Shown piece after piece: positions 12,011 through 24,570 of a stretch of DNA of 64,000 bases (the stretch's first letter is position 1; the number at the start of each line of letters is the position of its first letter). The notes below the pieces were generated by a model. That model was not told the DNA's origin and ran no database searches. It saw nothing but the letters and a program-made list of their open reading frames with translations. The position numbers and the translations under genes were made by a program. The DNA is from Pseudogymnoascus verrucosus. Taxonomy: Eukaryota. The DNA is taken from assembly GCA_001662655.1 (NCBI GenBank), contig KV460281.1; one strand, given 5' to 3'.

Positions 12011-14477
12011 CTACCTCGTGCGATCTTCTTCTGACGATGGGGGCGACGACGATATCCCAAGCCGCGCCGCAATACTAGAGAGCCAGCTGCCATTCGTACC
12101 CGAGCTTCGCGCAGGCGACGCGATGGGAGAAGCGACACCACGTTCAACGTCAGCGTCGGCTGTAGCTCCCGGAGAAATTGGACGACCTGCGGCAGGAGAC
12201 TCATTCAAAGTGTTTACCACTTGAGACTGCAGGTCGTCCTCATCCTCGTCGCTATCGTCACGGTAAGGCTCGTACCGCGGGGTAGAGCTAGAGGATCCAC
12301 CTCGAGCTAGCGATCGAACGACATCGCCTTTGCAGATTGGGCATGTCCGGCGGCGCGTAGTGAGCCATGGGGTACTAGTTGTCGTTAGCTTCAAAACTCG
12401 AGTTGCGTGGAGGGAGGAAAAAGACTCACATGCACTCGACGTGGAATTCGTGGCCGCAAGGGAGACTCATAACCCTGCTTACGCCATCCACGTATTCTTC
12501 AAGGCACACCACGCACTCAATCTGCCTACCCATATATTTTTTCCAGTCGCCCTTCTTCTCGTGCTCATTTGCGCGGCGTGGCTTGGGCGTTTCCAACTCG
12601 TCTGAATTCGTTGGAGATAAGCTTATCGGTTCAGGGGGAGTAGAGGTTGTTCTAGAGCGCGGCCGGGGAGTTGAAGGAGATCGTTGGAGCAGAGGAGTTG
12701 TCGGAGACGAACTTGAAGGTGAAGGTTGCCGTGACTGGTTGCTGGAAGTTGTAGGGATCGTCCGATACGTGCGTACTGGGAGCCTCTCGACCACAGACTT
12801 GGGAGCGCGCCATCGGCGCTGTCGAATCCGCGATCTGACGAGCAGAAGGGTGTAGACTACCGTCAGGGTAACGAGTGGACTAACAACTAGCACTAGTAGA
12901 GTATCGAAGAATGGAGTGGCCCCGCTAGTTTGGGTCAAAGTTACCCATAGGCCCTCATGTCCATTGTCGTCGTCAGGTCCACGGTCGTCATCTTCGCTTT
13001 CCATGCCGGTTCCTTTGATGCCATTTTCATCACCGTCGCCGAATAGCTTGGAAGATAAGTCGGATTTTTCGGCACTGAGATTTTCGGTCTTGCGGTCGGA
13101 ATTTGACTTTCTCTCTTCGTTGTTGGCAGGAGTATACAACCTTTCAATGGGAGACTTGTTTTTAACTTTGCCAGAACTTCCTTGTGCTTCTTCACATGGT
13201 TTCGAGTTATCGGTGCCAGCGTTTTTGATGAAGTCGGGATCCCTCCAGTCATCAACACCAACGAATTCGTCCTTGGGAGTGGCTCTCGCGGCTACTTTGC
13301 CCTTGCGCTCTGCCTTTGAATCTGTCATGGGGATTTTCTGGTCATCCCACTCATCAACTACGACCCAATCCAAAACATCTTTCTTGGCCGGCTGAGTTGG
13401 CTTAGAGCTCCAAATCAGACGCCCGAGCCAAGAGTCACGTCGCGACTGTGCCAAGGCGGGGGGCTCAGTCAACATTTTTGAGGAGACAGTATAACCCTTT
13501 GGCACCGCACCAGTCGATGCCTTTCGAGACTTGCGCTGTTTCGATCCTTTCTTCTCCTTACGCTTTGGTTTCTTGGAGTGTTTAACCTTGAGCATTGAAT
13601 TCCCGTCGTCGTTGGTTGCATCCTCGATATATGTACCGGGGGGAATCAAAGACGATAAAAGATGGGCCGTGGTATGCGATGTAAATACAGACGGTATCGT
13701 AACGTTTGATGTGTCGCCGCGTGCATACATTTGGATTAATGGACCTCCACGGGTGTCATCCGCCACAATAACAGCAATACCACCCCTTCGCTGTGCCCAT
13801 TCGACCTTCTCGAGGAAACCACAGCCGCCTCTGCTCAGCATGACGACCTTTCCTGCAATTTCAGCGCTTTCTTGAATAGATTGTATATCAGCGTGACTGG
13901 CGCCGGAGTTCGTGCTGCTCTTGAGTGGCCAGCCAGAGACCATCCGCCGGTCGACCGTGGCGTCAGACGCCGCGTTATAACGGTTGTCGTCAGTTCCATC
14001 GTCCGCTGCGGCACTTGCTACCGCGTTCCTTCTGTGTCTGTTATGTGGTGTGGTAGATGTTAACAGGTTGTCGAGGGGTTGCGCGACAATATTATTTCCG
14101 TCGGGCATGACGTCGCTGCAACCCAGCTCGCCTTCCCCGCCCGTTGATATGATGCCATGTCGAAGGCTGTCGTCGCCAAACCCACTTCCGACCCAGAGCT
14201 GCCCGCTCAAGCCTGTAGTTGGTAGAGGAGGTCCAAATGCTGCAGGTCGAGCAAGGAAAGAAGTCGTATTGTCGTCGGTCAAGCTAATGATAGCATTCGG
14301 TGGGAAGAGCGAAAGTGGCGAGTTGAACGAGAAGGTGCTCAGCACCCCGCTACTATCCGCCTTCGCCTGGTTTTCGGTATGTTCGATCGGTTTAGAAGAG
14401 GATTGTAAGGATAATACCAGAAGCGTGAAAGAGGCGAGGACGAAGGTAAGGAGAAGGAAGACCCTGGGAGTCCTCAT
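12011..14477 (-). CDS. PA-domain / TM / RING-H2 E3 ubiquitin ligase (RNF13/GRAIL-like)
   Basis: Signal anchor, PA domain (LSRGGCGFLEKV..AQRRGGIAVIV), TM helix. RING-H2 [35 protein letters not shown] after removing intron 12375-12429. Confidence 0.93.
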
Positions 14478-15744
14478 GATGGTGGTGATGTAGTAGCCAC
14501 GAGGCTGCGGAGCCGGCCGTTCAGCTCTCAGGCTGTATAGTGCGCGAATGAGACAGCATCCAGCTCAAGGGTATCGTTGATATTGTCGAAAATATAAAAC
14601 GCGGGAGTATCGTATTCTAATCGTAATATGTAGGAGAGGTAGAGGTATGAAGCAGTACAATATGAATGTGGTGGGTGGAAGTGGGAGGGTTATCAAGGTT
14701 GACGAAGCCTTGTGTTCATAGATACGTAGTGTGGCTTGAGTGGACGGGGAGAAGTGTGGCTGGTGTGATGAATCAACGAGTCGCCACACACAACACAGGA
14801 AACCCACAAAATGCTGAAGACGACTATAAGACGACTATATCATTAACTCATATCGTTTCGTGTATTACCTAGCTCTGAAGCAGTAATCGAACAATAACTA
14901 TCCTAATAATTTGTACTTCTAGGCCATTCTCCTCATCCAGTGGGTCATAATTCTCTAAAGTCCATCTCTCCTGGTGCTTCAATCTGCTGCCAACTCCAAG
15001 TATTCCAGCACTCCCGACGCGCTTTACTCTTTACCAACACGAGATATATCTCCCAATCTGGGCGGTAGTGGGACTAAGAAAGCTAAACCATTGAAGAGAC
15101 CTACGATAGCGGTCAAATATGCGTTCTTGCGGGTGCTCTCGCTCGACACGTGACTGTTATAGATTGATATTAAAATTGAAGTTGGTAGGTTTATTTATTT
15201 AATATTTTTTAATATTAACTTCTTAGCAACTGATTTTGCGTGTTAACAGGCAATTTCATAATAGTCACAGGCCTTATGAATCAAAGCCCCGATTATATTA
15301 TAAATTTCCACAGCCACTTCGTCAGACATATTATGGACGGCGCAAGTATCAGGCAACAGAGTCACCTTGGAGATCTGATGAATGACAGGTTACCACCAAC
15401 TCCACTTCTTAAACTCGCGGAGTTTAACCCATAGAAGACCAATTAAACACTAGATCATCCTTCTCTTTCTTCTTCCTCATAAACCTCGCCCTATTTGGAT
15501 TTCTTCCTGGTAGCATATCTGACTATCACTGCCCATTTCGGCCGCGTACGAACGGTTGCTATGTGCCGCCATCGCACTGTGTTAAATCCTTCAACCATCA
15601 GAAGACAAGACAAGCTTTAAATCTCCATGTTTTGGAATTAATCCTATTTGCCTATTCTACAAAAGTGCCGAGTCATCCAATCATGTTCTCGGAACCACCT
15701 TGGTTCCCAAGATTGCGAGGCGGTGTCGTCGCGGATTGATAGCA

Positions 15745-15758
15745 CGGCCCGGTCTCCG
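15745..15758. promoter_or_regulatory. Candidate ClrB/CLR-2 cellulose-response site CGG-N8-CCG, about 275 bp upstream of the AA9 gene; TATA box at 15931
   Basis: CGGcccggtctCCG; TATATAAAAG at 15931-15940. Confidence 0.45.
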
Positions 15759-16032
15759 CAACGAAAAGGGAGAAGATCGCTCTTGACTGCAATATATTTT
15801 GTCCTCTTTAAACAGGTTTCGGGCAGCAATTATATCACGCGCATAGTAAAATAAAGAGCTTTAGGATCATAGGAAGTATGCCGACAAGTGTCGACTGTGG
15901 GGAATTGAAAGGGGTTCTGGCCATGGGGCGTATATAAAAGTGAGAAACCTCCCACTGGTCTGCTGTGCTTCAGAGACAGATTGCATCAATAACGCAGCAG
16001 ATAATATCAAAATCCACAAAGATTATATCAAA

Positions 16033-16800
16033 ATGATTGTCCCTAGCCTGTTTACCGTTGCAGCTCTGCTGGCTGCGAAAGCTGCCGCTCATGGTGCAGT
16101 TACCAGCTATGTAATCGATGGCGTGGCCTATCCAGGTTACCAAGGCTTCAGCCCAGCAAATGGGCCACCGACTATTGAACGACAGTGGTCAGACTACAAC
16201 CCCGTGCTGTCAGTTTCCGATTCAAAGATGCGATGCAATGGTGGAACATCCGCACCGCTCTCAGCCCCGGTCAAGGCCGGCGGAAAGGTTAGAGCTCTCT
16301 GGTCGCAGTGGACACACGCACAGGGACCCGTCATGGTTTGGCTATTCAAGTGTGCCGGCGATTTCGCCTCCTGTGATGGGTCAGGGGCTGGCTGGTTCAA
16401 GATCGATCAGATGGGCATGACCGCACCACCTCTAACCGGAACGAGCTGGGGAACTGCCGTAGTAATGGCCCAGCTGTACTGGGAGAGCACTATCCCAGCC
16501 GCAATCGCAAACGGAAACTACCTCATTAGACACGAGCTGCTGGCTCTTCATCAGTCGAATACTCCGCAGTTCTACCCTGAGTGTGCGCAAATTGTCATCT
16601 CCGGAGGTGGTGGAAAGTCACCAGATGCAAGTTACCTGACTGCGATTCCGAGCTACGCCAGCGCGAGTGACCCGGGCGTCAACGTGAGTAACACCGAGCT
16701 ATGATCTGTAAGCCTTACTGACCGTGTGTTATAGATTGATATTTACTCCAGCACCGCAACCACCTATACCTGCCCGGGTCCCGCCGTCTGGGCCCCATAG
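16033..16800 (+). CDS. AA9 (GH61) lytic polysaccharide monooxygenase, secreted, no CBM
   Basis: Signal peptide then His1 (HGAV), second His (WTHAQGP), GNYLIRHELLALH and QFYPECAQ. Intron 16684-16734; last exon IDIYSSTATTYTCPGPAVWAP*. Confidence 0.96.
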
Positions 16801-19800
16801 TACCTTCGAGATGAATGCTTTGCGCTGTGGTTTGGGACCAAGAATCATTGCGATACGATGTTCGAAGAAATACGACTTTTGGTCGTATTTCGGCGAAAGG
16901 TGTGACAGTTGGCGGCAAATAGGGTAGTTGCATGTGTTATTGTATATAGCAAACAAATAAGTCATTGATTCAAATCTACACGGTGATTATATTTCGACGG
17001 CCTTATTCTTCAGCTTTCGCCTTTTATAGCTTCTTCTAGAAGTTGTATCACTTGCTGTAGCGGGAGTAGCTTCTGAGATTTGTCAAACCTACTGAGGTCT
17101 AGACAGTGTAGTTAAAATCGTGAGGCTGAGGAATGGCGCTCGACCTGTCTGTATCACAACCCCAAGGAAACCCTCCAATACAGGAAGATGAGTGATATAG
17201 GAACCAGAAACCAGCATCAGCTGTCTGTACCACTGACCCGAGGAGACTACCCGGTGCGGGAAGGTGAATCATACAGATCCTACGGTCATCGCCAACCTTG
17301 AGCCACAATGAAGGCACAGGACGAACCTCCCCGGTATATGGCACATTATGGCCGGCGGGAAGGTTAGCGATGAACCTGTGCATCGTTTCTAACATGAGGA
17401 GACGACGCCTTACGCACTGTTGATAGACCACCCATGGTCAGCGCTTCAAAATCCTAGTAATTCCGCATAGACTGTGGCTTGTTAGCAGTCAATAAGCGCC
17501 TCGGGCGAGAGACGAATCCGTCACGAGAGTGGGCCCTTCATATTCCAATATTCCGATATTTCAATATGTTGTGCGATTCAGGCTGTTTCGTTTTGGCCAG
17601 GCTTGAGACGTGGTCAATTGCCGTCCGGGTGTTGTTTGGGAGAACGCAACCAATACGAAACGGGAAAACGCCTGGGCTCTTCTCAGCCCCCGCAATCCGC
17701 TAGCGAGCAATCTAAACCGGACGTCACGTCTGCTTTGCCCAGGCCTTCTTGCTAAATACAGCGGCACTCTGCACTTTAGAGGTGATATATTCCTCAGAAG
17801 AATACCTTCGCATTCAGAAGTCCCATGACTTTTTGGTCCCTGCTCTATATCAATACCGATACGCTGATAAACTGACACGAAACGGAACCCTGGCTGTCTT
17901 TCCCGTCTTATTACATTGCACATTAGCCACCAGCTTGCCTACAATTTTACAAATGGAACTCCTGGCCGCGAAACTGGCATGATAGCGGTTGCTTGTGTCA
18001 TCATACGAAGCTGAGGGTATAATTTGGAATCCATCGGCCTAAAACGCACGCGATATCTTCATGGTTACTCGAGTTATGTTACCATCGCCGGCTCCCATGC
18101 GTTTATCCATCTTGCACAAAGCCGGCCGGATCCAGTCACTCTGCATACCAACCCCTCTCCGCTTCGGTATACTGTCATATCGGATGGAATCAATATTGAT
18201 AGGCTGGTGGTCCACTGGGGTTTTTACTATGCGTCAGAAGTTCAGGCAAAACCGTAGCAGGTACCATCAATATAGCGCCTTGAGTGTGGCATAGCATCTC
18301 AGCTTCAATTCCATCCAATGGAGGGATTGCAGCCTTATAGCTTAATTTGGATGCATGGATGTTGACCTCTCTCAGGTACCAGAATGACGGTAGCACAGAG
18401 GGGACAATACTCTGAACTCTCAACAGCCTGTCGTTGAGCTTTCGCGCATCCCACTAGCGACGGCAGTTATTGACAGGGGACCTATACAATGGCGGTCGCA
18501 GGTTCATGGTGATTATGGATCAAGGAACACAGACGTTTCTTCCAGATAGACCCGAATACCTTCATCGTGATAGGGGTTTGAAACCTTTTAGTGACAGCTT
18601 CAACCATGGTTCTCGGTAATTTAACTGATCGACATGATCGTCCTAACAGCCAACAAAGGGTGCCGAGAATTTATTTGAGGCTCCTATTATCGGTTAAGCC
18701 TCAACAAGAACCGTAAGAACTGGCGAACGGCAAGTCAAGCTACATTTCTCTAGTTACAATTGAATCAATCGAACAAGGCGCCATGTGGCGGCGATGCTTC
18801 CACGATGATATTACCATACTAGAAGTCATGCCGTCTTCTATTTCCTACAATGATTAAACACATGTCTATTCCTTCCTTTGAATTCTACAACATAAACACG
18901 AGCGCGGTTACCTCGGTGCGGGGCTGAATGCATGTCGTACAAGCATACCCTTACACCCAGCTGCGATCGGAGATACTGGGTGTTCGCATATGATACGACC
19001 GGGTCTTCGCGATTTGCCCTGAATGTGGCTTATACTCAGCTAATATACGAAGGATGCACTTCCCCTCTCATTCAATTTCTGTCTTTGCATTATCGGTCAC
19101 AAGCCTTCCCAGAGTTACTCGCATACACCCCGCATTTGGCCGACAAGGCCGGTGGCCCGGGTTCGTGCTACCTCCTAAGCTAATACCTTGTACTATGTTT
19201 GCTTTCTTTTCAAAACAGCTCATCATAGTGCTCTAGGCCGCTCTAGCAATCACAAATACCTGCAATATGTGGCTGTAAATGGCGGGGATATTGCCAATCC
19301 GCTGAGAATCATCCCATTCTATCTTATCATGCGCCGACGGACAGAAGCCAATGGTCAGCGTTTGGTCATACGGCCACTCCTGGCATATGTCTATTATATT
19401 GCAATAGTCATAACATCCCGTCCTATGATATGGGCTGCAGGAGAATACGACCCGAAAGTAACGGCGGGAGAATTATGTACGCATGCCGCGGGGGGCTATA
19501 GCTGCGGGGAGCTCAAAGCTCCCCCTCCATGCGTGGATCCACGTCGTGAACAAGGAGCAGTTTCCTACCGCAAGCTACCGTGATAGATTGCACGACGGCG
19601 ATCATTGGTGCTATCGATCAGAGGGTCATACTCCGTGATATTGATTACGGCTATTGGGCTCCGTGATATTACTGCGCTGAAGTGGGCAACCCTTCAAACC
19701 AAAATCTATATAAGGATCTCAAACCCCCCGGGCCCCTTATCATCCGCTCAAACACAAACACTTCTTTCACTATCCAGATCCATTATCATTATTATTTCCA

Positions 19801-19825
19801 ACACAGATCACTCCCATCAATCAAT

Positions 19826-20633
19826 ATGCTTTCCATCGTATCCCTCTTGGCCTGCGTCGCCGCCGTCGCCGCCGTCCCAAACCCTGCTCTTGGCGTTCCT
19901 GTTGCCACTGGCACGAGCAGCTCCGTCCGTCCTAACCCATCCCAGGTTTACATCAACAGTATTTCCTACGGTGGAACTGGATGCCCACAAGGCTCTGTGG
20001 GATCCTTCATCTCAGATGATAGACAGACGTGGGTGTCCAAAGGCGCCATTGTAGTAGTTGATGCTTACCCGCCTTCAAGGTTCACCCTCATTTTCGACTC
20101 TTACGTTGCATCCATCGGCCCCACTGTTGCCGCCACCGAGAATCGCAAGAACTGCCAGCTGAACTTGGACCTCCAGTACCCGTCTGGCTTCCAGTACAGC
20201 ATCTTCACAACGCAGTTCCGTGGTTACGCCGCTCTTGACAAGGGCGTGCAGGGCACACAGAAGGCCACCTATTACTTCTCTGGCCAGGCTGCGCAGGTGT
20301 CCAGTTCTACCGTCTTTGATGGCCCCATCTCAACTGATTACTCCGTCTCTGATAGTGTCCCATTCACCTCTACCATCTGGTCTCCTTGCGGACAAGCTCT
20401 CCCACTTAACATCAACTCCCAGGTCCGCTTGACTAGCAGTGTTTCTGGCGCGACCGGTCTCCTCACAGATGACTCTATTGATGGCCACATCACCTATGTT
20501 GTTGGCATCCAGTGGCAGGCTTGTGAGTACCCTTCCTGTAGCTACAAGCACATGGAGCGGTATAGCGTCGCGCTCCATTGTTGATATTGGAGATTATGTG
20601 TGCATGCGCTAACTATGAGCAGGCACAAAGTAG
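19826..20633 (+). CDS. Secreted DUF4360-family protein
   Basis: Signal peptide, YGGTGCPQGS, FTLIFDSY, RKNCQLNL, WSPCG and LNINSQVRL. Introns 20029-20079 and 20523-20622. Confidence 0.88.
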
Positions 20634-20998
20634 ATTTAAACAATCTTCGAGACGAGGCAAGCACTTTCGTCGATTCTAAAGCTGCTCGTTCCTGGAAATT
20701 TGACCTGCGGACTTTGGTGTGGATCAAGTTTGATGAATTGGTGGACTGTTGGATGGGAAGTATTGGCCAATAGTGACGAGTGAGTGGATGTTGGTAGTTG
20801 GTAGCTCGTATACTGTCAGATCAAATATCTTGTCTGCAAACTATTTTTCAGCTAAATGTGACTGCTTTGACCGCAAAGCTTGTGACATCCCTATCTTTAT
20901 TCTCTGGCTTTGGTTTGAACAATAATAGCATATCAGATGGTTGCTCAATAAAGACTGTCTCACGGGAAAGGTATGGTTAACCCGTTGCCTAGATTCAG

Positions 20999-22087
20999 CT
21001 AGTTGAATGTGCCAGTCCGCGCAACAATATCTTCAAGAGTTAGGTTGATAAAACCTGGAAACTTTCGCAGTGTGACTCCTCTATCTTTATTCCTTACTGC
21101 TGTACCGACCATATAGTTGCGACCCAATGCCCGGAGCTCCATCGTGACATTCTCGACGTGTTCGCCCTTGAAGTAAATCTCAAACTCCTTCGTTGTATCG
21201 CCGAGGAGAAGGTCAGAGTCATCGTGGGGGGCTTCTTTATTTGCTGTAGGGACTGTGAATTTTCGAAACTCTAGGTCTCGTAGCCATGGGGCTAAGAGGG
21301 CCTCTCCGGTCATTTTAATATACGCTTCCCTGAGGCACCAGAAAGCGAAGAAGCGTCGCAGCTTCGCGTCGATGATGATATCGGCATCTAATTTCTGAAG
21401 AGCGCCAGAATTGGTGGTCCAGGAAACTGACTCATCGCGCCGCTGGCAGTTCGCGATACCATCCAGTGCTTTCCCTCCCACGTCGATTTGCAGTGGTAGA
21501 GATAGATTCTCGGCGTTGTACTTCATGTAGTGAACTTCGTGCGGAGAGAAGACATCGGAATGCATGTCAATCCATGTAAAAAGGCCATCCTTGCGAATGG
21601 TAGCATTATCCGAGCGCTCGTTAACACAGACGACATCGATTCCAACCTCGACTTCAGGGTTAGCGCAGGCGATCAAGGGGACTAGGCCTGCTTGGTGGGA
21701 AACGTTGAACTCCAGTGCCTTTCCTACGCCATTACTGGGATAGAAGCACGGTTTTCCATTTTCATCCCTGGAGACAGTAGATAGAGCCCATGGGACGCTT
21801 CCTAGCTCATGGATAACCAGATGCTTCAGCAAATGCGACGCTAGACTCATCTTGGCATCCCGAACGAACCAGTACTTCAAAACCCCTTTCTTTTCCTGGG
21901 GCGGCAAAATCGCCAGAGCATCGGCTGCCTACAACTTGATCAGTACAATATGAGGTGATGTTTGGGGTATACTTACCACTCGCTCAAATGCCTGCATCTG
22001 TTCCTTCGCGCCTAGGGATCCGGGAACAACCCAGAGTTTCCGCGTGTCGACTATCCATTGGAGAAATTTAATTTCTGAGCTTGCCAT
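20999..22087 (-). CDS. npgA: Sfp-type 4'-phosphopantetheinyl transferase (NpgA/Ppt1/Lys5)
   Basis: WIVDTRKLW, DAKMSLASHLLK, GKP, FNVSHQAG, VGIDVV and WCLREAYIKMTGEAL. One intron at about 21929-21976. Confidence 0.93.
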
Positions 22088-22839
22088 TTCAAAAACAAGA
22101 ACTAAACGGCAATAACTCCAGTTGCGAGTTCAGAATAACTAGATGCCCAAGATTTTTGACGTTGTCCAACGGAGTTGCTTCAGCTTTGCTGGAGTTTGGG
22201 ATACTCGGGGGAATATTATTCCGGCCGATATGTATCCCCCTGTGCTGTTTGTACATACAACAAACATGGAGTTATCTTCAACTTTGAACCCAATAAATAT
22301 CAATAAAGTAAGTCACGTTTCTAAGATCTAATTAGCCCGAGGGTATATTATATGGCATAATCGATAGTCATAATCTCCAAAAAGTTAAGTGCGGCTACGT
22401 GATTAGTCCTTGGACTCGATTTACTACCAATGATATCTACTGGAATTCATGCTGTTTACTTTGCAACACTTTTTACGGTCGATATTTTTCCTTATTCATT
22501 ATAATATGTTCTTTGTTTTATTATATTTGTGTTGCTTGTTCTTAGTTGTTGTGTCCTATATCTGAGTACTCTAGAGATATCCTGTTACTAACTCCACCGG
22601 GAACGTCATCCATCAGCACTGGCATGACAATGACGACTTCCGACGAGGAGCACGAATCCGGGTTTGTTAAGAAGATTTCTTTTTTTTGGCTTCAAAATCT
22701 TAGTACATGGATTTGTTAATGTACCAATGTCTTGCCGATAGCTAATAATCCTCTTTCTCCTGCCTCCCGTATCCTCCACGCACCTTGAACAAGCTCACGA
22801 CGGTGTTCTTACGTCTACATACAGCCTAGGCCAACAGAG

Positions 22840-23757
22840 ATGGCTCCAATACGCCGATTCCTTATCACTGACGAGATTGGCAAACAAGGCGGTGCCGTTG
22901 TGAATTCCTTGGTTGAGTACCGTTCCAAGCTCCCATCGGACCAAAAATTTGAGATCTTATGTCTCACGCCCAACGCCACTTCCGAAAAGGCCGTCTCTCT
23001 TGCCTCTACTGACGGCGTGACAATCGTCGTTGGCAACCTCTTCTTCCCCCTCTCCGCTTTAGACAAAGCCGTGCCTATCGATGCCGTCTTCTGCATGACC
23101 TGCCCCAGCGATCTTGGCGACGAAGAAAAGCAAGCCACTGCCCTCATCGACGCCTGCCTTACCCATGAAGTCAAGCACTTCGTCTTCAGAAGCGTGGACC
23201 GTGGTGGTGTAGAGCTCAGCGAAACGAATCCCACGGATATCCCAAATTTTAGAAGTAAGCACAATGTCGAGAAATACCTAAAGGAGAAATGCGCGGAGTC
23301 GCAGATGACCTGGACCATCCTCCGGCCTGTGGCCTTCATGGATAACATGATGCCAAACATGACAGGAAAAGCATTCGCAGCCATTTGGGCGCAGATCGGT
23401 GAGAAGCCGTTGCAGCTCGTGTCAGCAAGGGATATTGGGCATTTTGGTGCCCTGGCGCTGGTGAATCCGGAGGAGTATGTGGGACGCGCGGTTGGGCTAG
23501 CGGGGGATGAGCTGAATTTTGAGAAGGCTCAAAGGGTGTTTAGAGAGACAATAGGATATGAGATGCCGCGGACATGGGCATTTGTGGCGAGTTTAATCAA
23601 GTTTGCGATACCAGAGATGGGCTTGATGTTTAAGTGGTTACAGGAAGAGGGGTACGCAGTTGATATCAACGAGTTAAGGGAGGAGTATCCGGAGCTGCAG
23701 GACTTTGGAACTTGGTTGAGGGATGATAGTCAGCATGAGCTAGGTCTTCCATCTTAG
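22840..23757 (+). CDS. NmrA-like atypical short-chain dehydrogenase fold protein
   Basis: GKQGGAVV, VKHFVF.SVDRGG, SKHNVEKYL, WTILRPVAFMDN and LQLVSARDIG. The first Gly of the Rossmann motif is replaced. Confidence 0.88.
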   Translation: MAPIRRFLITDEIGKQGGAVVNSLVEYRSKLPSDQKFEILCLTPNATSEKAVSLASTDGVTIVVGNLFFPLSALDKAVPIDAVFCMTCPSDLGDEEKQATALIDACLTHEVKHFVFRSVDRGGVELSETNPTDIPNFRSKHNVEKYLKEKCAESQMTWTILRPVAFMDNMMPNMTGKAFAAIWAQIGEKPLQLVSARDIGHFGALALVNPEEYVGRAVGLAGDELNFEKAQRVFRETIGYEMPRTWAFVASLIKFAIPEMGLMFKWLQEEGYAVDINELREEYPELQDFGTWLRDDSQHELGLPS

Positions 23758-24570
23758 TAGCAGGTGGAGGCTTTGAGGCGTATTGAGTTCGGAATGAAAT
23801 TGCTGGCGTTGAGAACATATTCGTCGGCCTGAAATTTATACTCCCAATACCTGATGTTAATATATCCATCAAACATGGATAAAGCGAAAATAACGGGCTA
23901 CGCCCATCCACTTAAAAGTGGCTGGGTTTCGCTGAAGCCACACCACTTCACGGCAAAAGGGGGCTGCGAGAATTGGTTTATGGACCAGCTGAAAGCTACT
24001 GAATTTATGGATATCTGCAACAATTATGTATTGATTCTATACAGCTTTTCCAGTGGTGTTGTCTATCGTCATCATTTTTGTTCACCACCACTCCATCTTC
24101 TCCCTACCGATATCCTACTGTCAGCTTTCTCCTGTTGCTGTTGCTGCATTCTTCTCGCCGAGATCTAATCTGCCACCGGAAGGATATTCTCACTGATATG
24201 AACCTCCGTGTCACCATACTTTCACATGTCCCCCACCCTCCGTCCAGTAACAGCTACGTTTAATTTATCTGTTAGCAAACTCACATGACATGTAGGCGAT
24301 GGCGAAGAAGGAAATCCAACAAAATTTGACCAAGGAAAGAGAGTGAGACGTCGTATATTGTAATGTTCATTTCTAACGTATATGCACAAATCGAAAAAAT
24401 ACTTAATAATAGAATGCTACGGCTTCCCCAAATATCCAAATTTATTCAAAATATTACTATTGTGGACCCATCATGCCAAATGAACTCCAGCCCAATTTTT
24501 ACCCAGCCACCATCGACGCCCTCTTCGCAATCGCAAATAACCTACTCTCAGGAACCTACCTCGCCAACAC

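Noticed and set aside
17000..19600. 2.6-kb gap with short ORFs between the AA9 and DUF4360 genes
   Set aside because: No family motif or consistent spliced model found; it may be an old pseudogene but I cannot support that.
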